From: Alphaproteobacteria bacterium | GTDB lineage: Bacteria; Pseudomonadota; Alphaproteobacteria; Sphingomonadales; Sphingomonadaceae | Length of the DNA: 36,209 nt | Direction of reading: 5' to 3' | Assembly (NCBI GenBank): GCA_018830415.1 | Contig: JAHJSJ010000277.1 | Location: 1 to 36,209 of the forward strand | Part shown: positions 1-8,543 of the stretch, one piece after another | Numbering within the stretch: position 1 is the first letter of the stretch | Layout: every line of letters starts with the position of its first letter | The notes under the pieces: generated by a model | The model's database searches: none | Seen by the model: the letters and a program-made list of their open reading frames with translations, nothing else | What the model was told of the DNA's origin: nothing | Position numbers and translations under genes: made by a program

Positions 1-146
1 CGGTGCATCCCGCCCGACATGGCATCATTCATGATGTCGTATTTGCGCGCGACGCTGGAGAAAACCTCGCCCACTTTGCGGGTTTTCTCCTCGGGCGTGA
101 CCTGCGTGTAGCCGAAGGAAACGGTATCGTCAGTGCTCTGTGTCAT
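1..146 (-). CDS. ubiE: Ubiquinone/menaquinone C-methyltransferase, 5' part only (runs off window)
   Basis: Manual translation from ATG at 146: [49 protein letters not shown], the typical UbiE N-terminus. Divergent from mutM. Confidence 0.9.
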   Translation of the reverse strand, partial: MTQSTDDTVSFGYTQVTPEEKTRKVGEVFSSVARKYDIMNDAMSGGMH

Positions 147-217
147 GCGGCGTTCCCTAGAGGGAATTGAGCCGGGCGCAAAGGGTGTTAGAGGGGTTGC
201 CATGTGCGAAGTTTGCA

Positions 218-1033
218 ATGCCTGAACTCCCCGAAGTCGAAACAACGGTGCGTGGCCTCGCCCGCTTCCTTGAAGGCGCGCGGATCACCCGCGTCACATT
301 GAACCGCCCCAATCTGCGCCGCCCCTTCCCGGCTGATCTGGTGCAGGTGATGACCGGGGCGACCGTGACCGGCCTGTCGCGCCGCGCCAAATATGGCCTG
401 ATCCATTGCGACCGCGAAGCCACGATGATCTTCCATCTGGGGATGAGCGGGCGCTGGCGGATCGATCCTGAAACCCCTGATCCCCACGACCACCTGCTGC
501 TGGAAACCGCCGACCACCGCTTTGCCCTGTGCGATCCGCGCCGCTTTGGGTCGGTCGATCTGCTGGCAACAGATGCATTGGATGCATGGCCGCAATTCGC
601 CGCGCTTGGCCCCGAACCGTTGGGGCCGGGGTTGACGGCCGCCCACCTGAAGGCCGCGCTGGCAGGCAAGGTGCAACCGGTCAAACTGTGCCTGCTCGAT
701 CAGCGGATCGTCGCGGGGCTCGGCAATATCTATGTGTGCGAGGCGCTGTGGCGCGCCGGTATTCGCCCAACCCGGCCCGCGGGCAAGGTATCTGGGCCGC
801 AATTGGCGCGGCTGGTGCCCGCGATCCGCGACGTGCTCGACGCCGCGATCCGCGCTGGCGGTTCGACTTTGCGCGATTACACCCAACCCGATGGTGAGCT
901 TGGCTATTTCGCCAGCAGCTTTGATGTCTATGGCCGCGAAGGGCAGGCCTGCCACAGCGATGACGGCGGGGTAATCGCCCGCATCGCGCAGGGCGGGCGC
1001 AGCACATGGTATTGCCCGATCTGCCAGAAGTAG
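218..1033 (+). CDS. mutM: Formamidopyrimidine-DNA glycosylase (Fpg)
   Basis: MPELPEVET start at 218, HLGMSG, GLGNIY H2TH motif, C-terminal [10 protein letters not shown]. Confidence 0.97.
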   Translation: MPELPEVETTVRGLARFLEGARITRVTLNRPNLRRPFPADLVQVMTGATVTGLSRRAKYGLIHCDREATMIFHLGMSGRWRIDPETPDPHDHLLLETADHRFALCDPRRFGSVDLLATDALDAWPQFAALGPEPLGPGLTAAHLKAALAGKVQPVKLCLLDQRIVAGLGNIYVCEALWRAGIRPTRPAGKVSGPQLARLVPAIRDVLDAAIRAGGSTLRDYTQPDGELGYFASSFDVYGREGQACHSDDGGVIARIAQGGRSTWYCPICQK

Positions 1034-1043
1034 GGGAGAATCG

Positions 1044-1072
1044 TTGACCTTGCGCGCATCAGCGACTATGCG
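1044..1072 (+). promoter_or_regulatory. Putative sigma70 promoter of rpsT
   Basis: TTGACC (1044-1049), 17 nt spacer, TATGCG (1067-1072). The -10 lacks the -7 T, as is common in alphaproteobacteria. Confidence 0.55.
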
Positions 1073-1184
1073 CGCTGCTTTCCGGCGGTAGGGCCATGCG
1101 TCCGACCCCTTATTTTCGAGCACACCGAACAGTTTTCCCGGCCCGCTCAGGCGGCCAGAACCAAACGCGAGACAGACACGAATT

Positions 1185-1445
1185 ATGGCCAACACGCCGC
1201 AAGCCAAAAAGCGCATCCGCCGCAACACCGCCCGCGCCGAAATCAACGGTGCGCGCATCAGCCGCATCCGCAGCTTCATCAAGAAGGTCGAATCGGCCTG
1301 CGAAGCCGGTGACAAGGAAGCGGCCGCGGTCGCGCTCAAGGCGGCTCAGCCCGAAATGGCCCGCGGCGTCGCGCGCGGTGTGATGCACAAGAACACCGTG
1401 GCCCGCAAACTCTCGCGGCTGACGCGCCGAGTCGCCACGCTCTGA
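1185..1445 (+). CDS. rpsT: 30S ribosomal protein S20
   Basis: [12 protein letters not shown]...[12 protein letters not shown], 86 aa, in the usual rpsT-dnaA synteny. Confidence 0.98.
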   Translation: MANTPQAKKRIRRNTARAEINGARISRIRSFIKKVESACEAGDKEAAAVALKAAQPEMARGVARGVMHKNTVARKLSRLTRRVATL

Positions 1446-1515
1446 TTCGTTCTGGGCAGCTGCGTAAGCGTGCTTAATGGGCGTTTACGGGTTGCAAAAA
1501 ATGCAAATTCCCTAT

Positions 1516-1551
1516 CGGGTCGCGCTTAACCAGCGCGGCCCGTTTTGGTTT
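1516..1551 (+). terminator. Intrinsic terminator after rpsT
   Basis: CGGGTCGCGCT-taacc-AGCGCGGCCCG stem (one G-U pair) followed by TTTTGGTTT. Confidence 0.7.
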
Positions 1552-1891
1552 GTGGCGATTGTGACAGCGTGAACCCCCACAAATGTCAGGATTCCTCGCG
1601 ATTCGCATGGTATCCCACCCGGTTATTGTGTGAATTCATGTACTTGAATGCAAGTCTGCGGCATTGCGCCGAGTCAACAGGAATATTTCACTTTTTTTAA
1701 AAGTCCGTGCTTGCGCAAACCCGCAGGGAGTTCTTTAGATAGTCCCTGCCCGGCGCGAATGAGCCTGGGTCTTTACAAACTGGCCGACAGGGGGGGCTTT
1801 GGAAACCTTGTTTCCGAAGCAGGCAAGCTATTGCCTGTCGTAATGGGGAAGGCATGATTTCGCGAACCATCGGGGTGCGCGAAGGCAGGCA

Positions 1892-3367
1892 TTGATTGGG
1901 GACGAGATTGTGCACAAAATCGACAAGGCGCGGACATCCGGGCGACAGGCGGATGAGCATCTGATGGAAGACGCAGAAGCCGTAAACCTTGCCGCCGATT
2001 GGTCTGATATCAGCCAGGGCCTGCGCAAGGATCTGGGCCACCAGTTGCACAGCCAGTGGATCAAGCCGATCCAGCTTGGCAATATCAATCGCGAAACCGG
2101 CACGCTCGATCTTTATCTGCCGACCGAATTTTCAGCCAACTGGGTGCGTGACCGCTTCCATGATCGGCTGCAACTGGCGTGGAAAATCGCGCGCAGCGAA
2201 GTGCGCAGCGTCAACATCCAGGTGCATCCCGGCCGCCGCCAGTTGCCCGAACTGCGATTGGACGATGGCCGCCGCCCCGCCAATGACGGCGCATCGGCAA
2301 TCGCGATGGCCGCAGGCGCGATGGGCGATGCCAGCTTCACCTCATCGGTCGGCCTTGATCCGTCGCTGACCTTTGCCGCATTTGTCACGGGCGAAGCCAA
2401 CGTGCTGGCCTGCAACGCAGCCCAGCGCATGGCCGCGCTGGAACAGCCGCAATTCTCGCCGCTCTATCTCAAGGCGGCGACCGGGCAGGGCAAGACCCAC
2501 CTGCTGCACGCCATCGGCCACGCCTATCTGCAAACCCATCCGCGCGCGCGCATCTTCTACTGTTCGGCCGAACGTTTCATGGTCGAATTCGTGCAGGCGC
2601 TCAAATCCAGCCAGACGATCGAATTCAAGGCGCGGCTGCGCAGCTTTGATCTGCTGCTGGTGGACGATATCCAGTTCATCATCGGCAAGGCGAGCGCGCA
2701 GGAAGAACTGCTCTACACCATCGATGCGCTGCTGGCCGAAGGCAAGCGGCTGGTGTTCGCTGCTGATCGCGCCCCGCAGGCGCTGGACGGCGTCGAACCG
2801 CGCCTGCTTTCGCGTCTGTCGATGGGACTGGTCGCCGATATCCAGCCTGCCGATATCGAACTGCGCAAGAAAATCCTGGTGTCCAAACTGACCCGCTTTG
2901 CTGCGATTGCAGTGCCTGATGATGTGATCGAATTCCTCGCCCGCACCATCACCCGCAATGTCCGCGAGCTGGTCGGCGGGCTGAACAAGCTGATCGCCTA
3001 CGCTCAGCTGACCGGGCAGGAAGTGAAACTTCAGCTGGCCGAAGAACAGCTCACCGATATCCTTTCGGCCAACCGCCGCCGGATCACCATTGACGAGATT
3101 CAGCGCACAGTGTGCCAGTTCTACCGCATCGACCGTGCGGAAATGAGCAGCAAACGCCGCGCGCGTGCGGTTGTCCGCCCGCGTCAGGTGGCGATGTATC
3201 TGTCCAAGGTGCTGACCCCGCGTTCCTATCCCGAAATCGGGCGTAAGTTCGGCGGGCGCGATCATTCCACCGTGATCCACGCGGTGCGCCTGATCGAAGA
3301 CCTGCGCACCCGCGATGCTGATATGGACGGCGATGTGCGCAGCCTGCTGCGCCAGCTGGAAAGCTGA
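1892..3367 (+). CDS. dnaA: Chromosomal replication initiator DnaA (start uncertain: TTG 1892, GTG 1910 or ATG 1964)
   Basis: AATGQGKTH Walker A, LLLVDDIQF Walker B, RNVRELVG, and domain IV RPRQVAMYL and GGRDHSTVIHA. Confidence 0.98.
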   Translation: MIGDEIVHKIDKARTSGRQADEHLMEDAEAVNLAADWSDISQGLRKDLGHQLHSQWIKPIQLGNINRETGTLDLYLPTEFSANWVRDRFHDRLQLAWKIARSEVRSVNIQVHPGRRQLPELRLDDGRRPANDGASAIAMAAGAMGDASFTSSVGLDPSLTFAAFVTGEANVLACNAAQRMAALEQPQFSPLYLKAATGQGKTHLLHAIGHAYLQTHPRARIFYCSAERFMVEFVQALKSSQTIEFKARLRSFDLLLVDDIQFIIGKASAQEELLYTIDALLAEGKRLVFAADRAPQALDGVEPRLLSRLSMGLVADIQPADIELRKKILVSKLTRFAAIAVPDDVIEFLARTITRNVRELVGGLNKLIAYAQLTGQEVKLQLAEEQLTDILSANRRRITIDEIQRTVCQFYRIDRAEMSSKRRARAVVRPRQVAMYLSKVLTPRSYPEIGRKFGGRDHSTVIHAVRLIEDLRTRDADMDGDVRSLLRQLES

Positions 3368-3445
3368 ACAGTTGCAATTGTGCGTTCTCGCGCAATGCAG
3401 AGACAATGCTCGACAGGCGGCGCGCAGGTTGTAAACAGCCTGCCC

Positions 3446-3889
3446 ATGCCCACTCGACCGCTTACGCCCGACCAGATCGATCTGCCCGCCAGCGCGTTTC
3501 CGGCGCTGTTGCGCGGCGTCAAGGGGCAATGCCCGCGCTGCGGCGCGGCGGCATTGTTTCGCGCATGGCTGAAACCGGTCGACGCCTGCCCGCATTGCCG
3601 GCAGGATTGGTCGGTGCAGCAGGCCGATGACTTTCCGGCCTATATCGGCATCTTCGTGGTCGGCCATCTGCTTGCGCCGGTGGTGATCGCGATGATCGGC
3701 ACCTTCGGAATGTCGGCTTGGGCAACGCTGGCGATTATCCTGCCGGTGGCGGTGGTGATGCTGATCGCCATGCTGCAACCGGTCAAGGGCGCGGTGATTG
3801 CGTTCCTGTGGTGGCACGGCATCGGCGCGTTCCGGCAGGAACGGCGCGCGGCCCCGCCTGCCCTTGGGGCGCCCGCGGACGAACCATGA
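3446..3889 (+). CDS. DUF983-like membrane protein with zinc-ribbon motifs
   Basis: CPRCG...CPHC, ADDFPAY, two hydrophobic helices, QPVKGAVIA. Stop overlaps the next ATG (ATGA). Confidence 0.75.
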   Translation: MPTRPLTPDQIDLPASAFPALLRGVKGQCPRCGAAALFRAWLKPVDACPHCRQDWSVQQADDFPAYIGIFVVGHLLAPVVIAMIGTFGMSAWATLAIILPVAVVMLIAMLQPVKGAVIAFLWWHGIGAFRQERRAAPPALGAPADEP

Positions 3890-4650
3890 CCCTCTCGCCT
3901 GCCCGGCTTGATCGTTTTGCCCGCCACATCGTGCTGCCCGAAGTCGGCGGTGCGGGGCAAGTCAGGCTGGCGGGCAGCCACGTCGCGATCATCGGGCTTG
4001 GGGGGATCGGCAGCCCCGCATTGCAATATCTGGCGGCGAGCGGGATCGGCAGGCTTACCCTTGTCGATGACGATGTGGTTGATGTCACCAACCTGCAACG
4101 CCAGACGATCTTCACCACCCGCGATGTCGGCTATGGCAAGGCGGTGTCGGCGCGGCGCTGGCTCGCCAATTTTGACGATTCGCTGGCCGTCGACGTGTCC
4201 GACGCGCGGATCACGCCGGACAATGCCGCCAACCTGATCGCGGGCGTTGATCTGGTGCTCGACGGCACCGACAATTTCGCCACCCGGCTCGCCGTATCGG
4301 ATGCCTGCGTGGCTTCGGGGATGCCCTTGCTGTCCGCCGCCGTCGGGCGGTTTCAGGGCCAGGTCGCAGCCTTTGCCGGGCATTTGCCGGGTGAGGCGTG
4401 CTATCGCTGCTTTGTCGGTGATGCCTTCGATGCCGAAGATTGCGATACCTGCGCCGATGACGGGATGCTGGGCGCGATGGCCGGATGGGCGGGCAGCTTT
4501 GCCGCGTTGCAGGCGATCAAGGTGCTGCTGGCCGGGGTGGCTGCGCTCGGCGATCCGGGCTGGGGAAGGCTGCATATCCTAGATGGCCTCGCGCCGGGGA
4601 TGCGCACGATCCGGATTGCCAAGGATGCAAGCTGCAAGGCTTGCGGTTAA
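3886..4650 (+). CDS. moeB: HesA/MoeB/ThiF family adenylyltransferase
   Basis: RFARHIVLPEVG, GLGGIG, DDDVVDVTNLQRQ, DGTDNFATR, and the CYRC / CKAC zinc pairs. The symbol reflects family membership only. Confidence 0.85.
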   Translation: MTLSPARLDRFARHIVLPEVGGAGQVRLAGSHVAIIGLGGIGSPALQYLAASGIGRLTLVDDDVVDVTNLQRQTIFTTRDVGYGKAVSARRWLANFDDSLAVDVSDARITPDNAANLIAGVDLVLDGTDNFATRLAVSDACVASGMPLLSAAVGRFQGQVAAFAGHLPGEACYRCFVGDAFDAEDCDTCADDGMLGAMAGWAGSFAALQAIKVLLAGVAALGDPGWGRLHILDGLAPGMRTIRIAKDASCKACG

Positions 4651-4651
4651 A

Positions 4652-5146
4652 TCAGTCCAGTTTGAACCACTGCCTGCGTTTGCGGGCGGCGTTGATCCTG
4701 TCGAGTTCCGAAGGCCGATCCGCTTCGGGATCGGGACGGCACGTGGTGCTGCTGCCCTTCGTCTCGCAAATCCGCCCCAAGCTGTCGCGTCCCTCTTCGG
4801 GTGTGTACAGCATGAAATAGAACAGCCCCGCGCAGGCTGGCAGGGCCGAGATCACAAGCACAAGTCCGATCCAGAAACGCAGGCCGCCGCCCGCCCCTTT
4901 GGCCACAGTGGCAGGTGTGGGATTGCGCGATGTCGCGGCCTGTTGAACGCGCCGCGCGCCGCCCATCATCACGCCTCCGCCGATCATCAGCATGACAAAG
5001 GGCACTGCGATCACCGCAACGACGCTGTAGAACAGCATGTGTCCATCGAACCGGCAGCCCGTGGCTATGCAACTGGTCCAGTAAAGCACCAGATAGCCAT
5101 AGGGGAGCGCCAGCAGGGCAAGCAGGGTGATCATCCAACGCGACAT
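4652..5146 (-). CDS. Hypothetical membrane protein (about 3 TM segments, Cys pairs)
   Basis: 164-aa ORF filling the gap between moeB and cobB, with three hydrophobic stretches. No family recognised. Confidence 0.65.
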   Translation of the reverse strand: MSRWMITLLALLALPYGYLVLYWTSCIATGCRFDGHMLFYSVVAVIAVPFVMLMIGGGVMMGGARRVQQAATSRNPTPATVAKGAGGGLRFWIGLVLVISALPACAGLFYFMLYTPEEGRDSLGRICETKGSSTTCRPDPEADRPSELDRINAARKRRQWFKLD

Positions 5147-5169
5147 GGGCTAATCCTATCGAGACAGCG

Positions 5170-5889
5170 TTAAATTCGGGTTTGCAGCACTTCATCGACC
5201 CATTCCGGCACCAGCACGCTCGCCGGGCCGAGGCGGGTTTCGTGGAAGAGCCGCGATCCTTCGCTGGGTTCCAGATTGAGTTCGAGCGTGCGCGCGCCCG
5301 CTGCCCGCGCTTCCTGCACAAATCCCGCCGCAGGGTAAACCGCGCCCGATGTGCCGATGGAAACGAACAGATCGCAGGCCTCCAGCGCCTGATAGATCCG
5401 GCCCATCTGGTAAGGCATTTCGCCAAACCACACGACATCGGGGCGCAGGCCCGGCTCGGCGCAGGCGGGACATGGCGGGCGGTGCAGCATCGCCTCCCGC
5501 CAAGGCGAGCGCGTCTCGCACGCGGTGCACAGCGCGCTTTTCAGCTCGCCATGCATGTGCAGCACCCGCGCCGATCCGCCGCGTTCGTGCAGGTCATCGA
5601 CGTTTTGCGTCACCAGCAGCAGATCGCGCCCCGGCACTTTGGAAAACTCCCGCTCCAGCCGCGCCAATGCCTCATGCGCCGGGTTGGGCTGCGCCCGCGC
5701 CAGCGCCGCACGGCGCATGTCGTAAAAACCCAGAACCAGATCGGGATCGCGGGCAAAACCTTCGGGCGTGGCGACATCTTCAACCCGGTGCTGTTCCCAA
5801 AGGCCGCCAGCGGCGCGGAAGGTATCAATCCCGCTTTCAGCCGAAATCCCGGCTCCGGTAAGGATGACGATGCGCGCGAAGTCTGCCAT
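5170..5889 (-). CDS. cobB: NAD-dependent protein deacylase (sirtuin, class III)
   Basis: From ATG 5889: GAGISAESG, FYDMRR (YxxR), TQNVDDLHE, HMHG, CTAC/CPAC, RPDVVWFGE, GTSGAVYPA. Confidence 0.93.
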   Translation of the reverse strand: MADFARIVILTGAGISAESGIDTFRAAGGLWEQHRVEDVATPEGFARDPDLVLGFYDMRRAALARAQPNPAHEALARLEREFSKVPGRDLLLVTQNVDDLHERGGSARVLHMHGELKSALCTACETRSPWREAMLHRPPCPACAEPGLRPDVVWFGEMPYQMGRIYQALEACDLFVSIGTSGAVYPAAGFVQEARAAGARTLELNLEPSEGSRLFHETRLGPASVLVPEWVDEVLQTRI

Positions 5890-5923
5890 GATGGCTTGAA
5901 ACATGATCGCAAGGGGTGTGGCA

Positions 5924-6658
5924 ATGGCACAGGTGCAATTCGGGGTGATCGGACACAAGGGCCGCATGGGGCAGGCGCTGGAGGCAGCAATTGCCGAAGC
6001 GGGGCACGCAATGCGCGTGGGCGTGGACGCGGGCGGCAATCCCGGCCCGCTTGCCGGGCAGTGCGATGTGCTGGTCGATTTTTCCGCGCCCGAGGCGCTG
6101 GCCACCAATCTTGGCGCGGCGAAGGTCGCGGGGATTCCGATTCTGATCGGCACCACCGGATTGCAGGAGGAACACTTCGTCTTGCTCGCCAAGGCCGCCA
6201 GTGCGGTGCCGGTGCTGCAATCGGGCAACTTCTCGCTAGGCATCACGCTGATGGCGCATCTGGTGCGCGAGGCGGCGACGCGACTGGGGCCGGATTGGGA
6301 TATCGAAGTGCTGGAAATGCATCACCGGATGAAGGTCGATGCGCCGTCGGGCACCGCCAAGCTGCTGGGCGAAGCCGCAGCCGCAGCGCGCAAGATTGAT
6401 CTGGCCGCCAATACGGAAAGCGGCCGTCACGGCCAGACCGGCGCGCGGCGCGAAGGTGCGATCGGCTTTGCCACCTTGCGCGGCGGCACGGTGGCGGGCG
6501 AACATTCCGTGATCTTTGCCGGGCCGGAAGAACGGCTGACGATCTCTCACAACGCCGAAAACCGCATGATCTTTGCACGCGGGGCGGTGAAAGCGGCCGC
6601 ATGGCTGATCGGCAAGCCCGCCGGGCGTTACAGCATGAACGACGTGCTGGGGCTGTGA
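5924..6658 (+). CDS. dapB: 4-hydroxy-tetrahydrodipicolinate reductase
   Basis: GHKGRMG, DFS, GTTG, NFSLG, EMHHRMKVDAPSGTA, IFARGA. Confidence 0.96.
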   Translation: MAQVQFGVIGHKGRMGQALEAAIAEAGHAMRVGVDAGGNPGPLAGQCDVLVDFSAPEALATNLGAAKVAGIPILIGTTGLQEEHFVLLAKAASAVPVLQSGNFSLGITLMAHLVREAATRLGPDWDIEVLEMHHRMKVDAPSGTAKLLGEAAAAARKIDLAANTESGRHGQTGARREGAIGFATLRGGTVAGEHSVIFAGPEERLTISHNAENRMIFARGAVKAAAWLIGKPAGRYSMNDVLGL

Positions 6659-6685
6659 CGCTAGGGCCCAAGGGGCAACGATAGG

Positions 6686-7414
6686 ATGTCATTTCTGACC
6701 GGCCCATTTCTGCTCGCACTGGCGCTGACAGCCGTTGCCGGATTCAGCGCTTTTGCTGGCGCGGCGCTGGGCTGTCTGGATGAAATTCGCGGCGGCGTGC
6801 TGTCGGACAAGGCGAAGAACGCGATCATCGCCTTTGGCGGCGGCGCGTTGATTGGCGCGGTGGGCCTGCTGCTGGTGCCGCATGGGCTTGATTCGCAGCC
6901 GGTATGGCTTGCGGCGGGAACCTTTGTGGCGGGCGGCGCGGCGGCGCTGATGGTGGACCGGGCGCTGCAACGTTCCGGCACGCCAGCCAGCCAGCTGGTT
7001 GCGCTCAACCTGGATTTCATTCCCGAAGCGGTGGTGGTCGGCGCGGTCATTACCCAAAATCGGGCCATGGCACTGTTTTTGGCGGCGGTGATGATTGCCC
7101 AGAACCTGCCCGAGGGTTTCAACGCCTATCGCGAAGTCCGCAACAGCCACGGCGGCTTCATCCGCTCGCATATCTTGCGATTGATGCTGCTGTGCATCGT
7201 GATCGGGCCGATCGCCGCAACGCTCGGCTACCTCGTCTTTACGCTTGAGAGCGCGGTGCTGGGCAGCGTGATGACGTTTTTTGCCGGCGGAATCCTCTAT
7301 CTGGTGTTCGAAGATGTCGCACCCGAAGCGAAGGGCAACGGCGAATGGATGCCGGCGATGGGCGCGGTGGCCGGTTTCATGGTTGCGCTGATTGGTTCGG
7401 GGATTACCGGCTGA
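6686..7414 (+). CDS. ZIP-family (GufA/ZupT-like) divalent metal transporter
   Basis: About 8 hydrophobic segments, AFGGGAL, DFIPEA, QNLPEG, FAGGILY. Confidence 0.75.
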   Translation: MSFLTGPFLLALALTAVAGFSAFAGAALGCLDEIRGGVLSDKAKNAIIAFGGGALIGAVGLLLVPHGLDSQPVWLAAGTFVAGGAAALMVDRALQRSGTPASQLVALNLDFIPEAVVVGAVITQNRAMALFLAAVMIAQNLPEGFNAYREVRNSHGGFIRSHILRLMLLCIVIGPIAATLGYLVFTLESAVLGSVMTFFAGGILYLVFEDVAPEAKGNGEWMPAMGAVAGFMVALIGSGITG

Positions 7415-7418
7415 CCTG

Positions 7419-8081
7419 ATGACCCGCGATCAGATCTTCGAATTTTTCCGCCGTCTGGCCGAGGATAACCCCTCGCCCCAGACCGAGCTGGAATATGGCA
7501 ATGCCTATCAACTGGTGGTGGCCGTGGCGCTGTCCGCGCAGGCGACCGATGTGGGGGTGAACAAGGCGACGCGGGCGCTGTTCGCCAAGGTTTCAACGCC
7601 GCAGCAGATGCTTGATCTGGGTGAGGATGGGCTGAAAGAGCACATCAAGACCATCGGCCTGTTCAATTCCAAGGCGAAGAACGTGATCGCGCTCTCCCGG
7701 CTATTGGTCGATGAATATGGCGGCGAAGTTCCCGATACCCGCGAAGCCCTCACCCGCCTGCCCGGCGTCGGGCGCAAGACCGCCAATGTCGTGCTCAATT
7801 GCTGGTTCGGGCAGGAAACCTTCGCGGTCGACACCCACATCTTCCGCCTTGGCAACCGCACCGGCATGGCCAAGGGCAAAACCCCCGAAGCGGTCGAGGC
7901 CAAGCTGGAAAAGCGCGTGCCGCAGCCGTTTCGCCTGCATTCGCACCACTGGATGATCCTGCACGGGCGCTATGTGTGCAAGGCAAGGACGCCCGAATGC
8001 TGGCGCTGCAAGGTCGCGGACCTGTGCAGTTTCAGGAAGAAGGTGCTGGAGCCGCCGAAGGGGCGACCGCGCGCAGGTTAA
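7419..8081 (+). CDS. nth: Endonuclease III
   Basis: LSAQATD, LPGVGRKTANVV HhH motif, AVDTH, C-x6-C-x2-C-x5-C 4Fe-4S motif. Confidence 0.97.
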   Translation: MTRDQIFEFFRRLAEDNPSPQTELEYGNAYQLVVAVALSAQATDVGVNKATRALFAKVSTPQQMLDLGEDGLKEHIKTIGLFNSKAKNVIALSRLLVDEYGGEVPDTREALTRLPGVGRKTANVVLNCWFGQETFAVDTHIFRLGNRTGMAKGKTPEAVEAKLEKRVPQPFRLHSHHWMILHGRYVCKARTPECWRCKVADLCSFRKKVLEPPKGRPRAG

Positions 8082-8135
8082 GCCGGGGTTCAAGCGCCGG
8101 GGCGATGATGGGGAAACCTCTGGTGGAGAAGCCCT

Positions 8136-8537
8136 ATGTCAGCACGCAGCCTTGCCATTTTCACCCTGCCGCTCATCGCAATCGCCTGCGCGCCGGTCGA
8201 ACGCGCGACAGACGCCAACCCCACCGCCGGGGCGCCAGCGGTAAAGGTGGTGGGCGAAGGCCAGCAATGCATCCCGCGCGACCGCATACGCCAGAGCGTG
8301 GTGCGCAACGACCGGGTGATCGATTTTGAAATGATCGGCGGCAAGGTCTATCGCAGCACCCTGCCCCAGAGCTGTCCGGGCCTCAGCTTTGAACGCGCAA
8401 TCACTTACGAAACCTCGATCAGCCAGCTTTGCACCAGCCAGATCGTTTACACGCTGCAGAACTATGCCGGCGTGTTGCAACGCGGCGCGGGCTGCACCCT
8501 GGGTGAATTCGTGCCGGTGGAATATGTGAAGGATTAA
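8136..8537 (+). CDS. Small putative lipoprotein (DUF6491-like)
   Basis: Lipobox-like IAIAC, four further Cys (CIP, CPGL, QLC, GCTLGEF), GGAG RBS upstream. Confidence 0.65.
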   Translation: MSARSLAIFTLPLIAIACAPVERATDANPTAGAPAVKVVGEGQQCIPRDRIRQSVVRNDRVIDFEMIGGKVYRSTLPQSCPGLSFERAITYETSISQLCTSQIVYTLQNYAGVLQRGAGCTLGEFVPVEYVKD

Positions 8538-8543
8538 GGCTCC

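Noticed and set aside
1648-1857. 69-aa ORF as a dnaA leader peptide
   Set aside because: No RBS, atypical composition, and it spans the candidate promoter. The RNA-structure explanation fits better.
1446-1891. oriC in the rpsT-dnaA gap
   Set aside because: No cluster of DnaA boxes and only a short AT-rich patch (about 1680-1702). Alphaproteobacterial origins are often unlinked from dnaA.
2342-3817. 491-aa antisense ORF over dnaA (likewise 188-1339, 5182-6399, 11349-12671, 18533-19780, 25759-26892, 30233-31204)
   Set aside because: Shadow ORFs expected from high-GC codon bias. They have no motifs and overlap well-supported genes.
5170-5889. Sirtuin, together with the PLD and S1/P1 nuclease genes, as anti-phage defence components
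   Set aside because: CobB has ordinary class III deacylase motifs, the PLD is a two-HKD Cls type and the nuclease is exported. They are dispersed among housekeeping genes with no defence partners.
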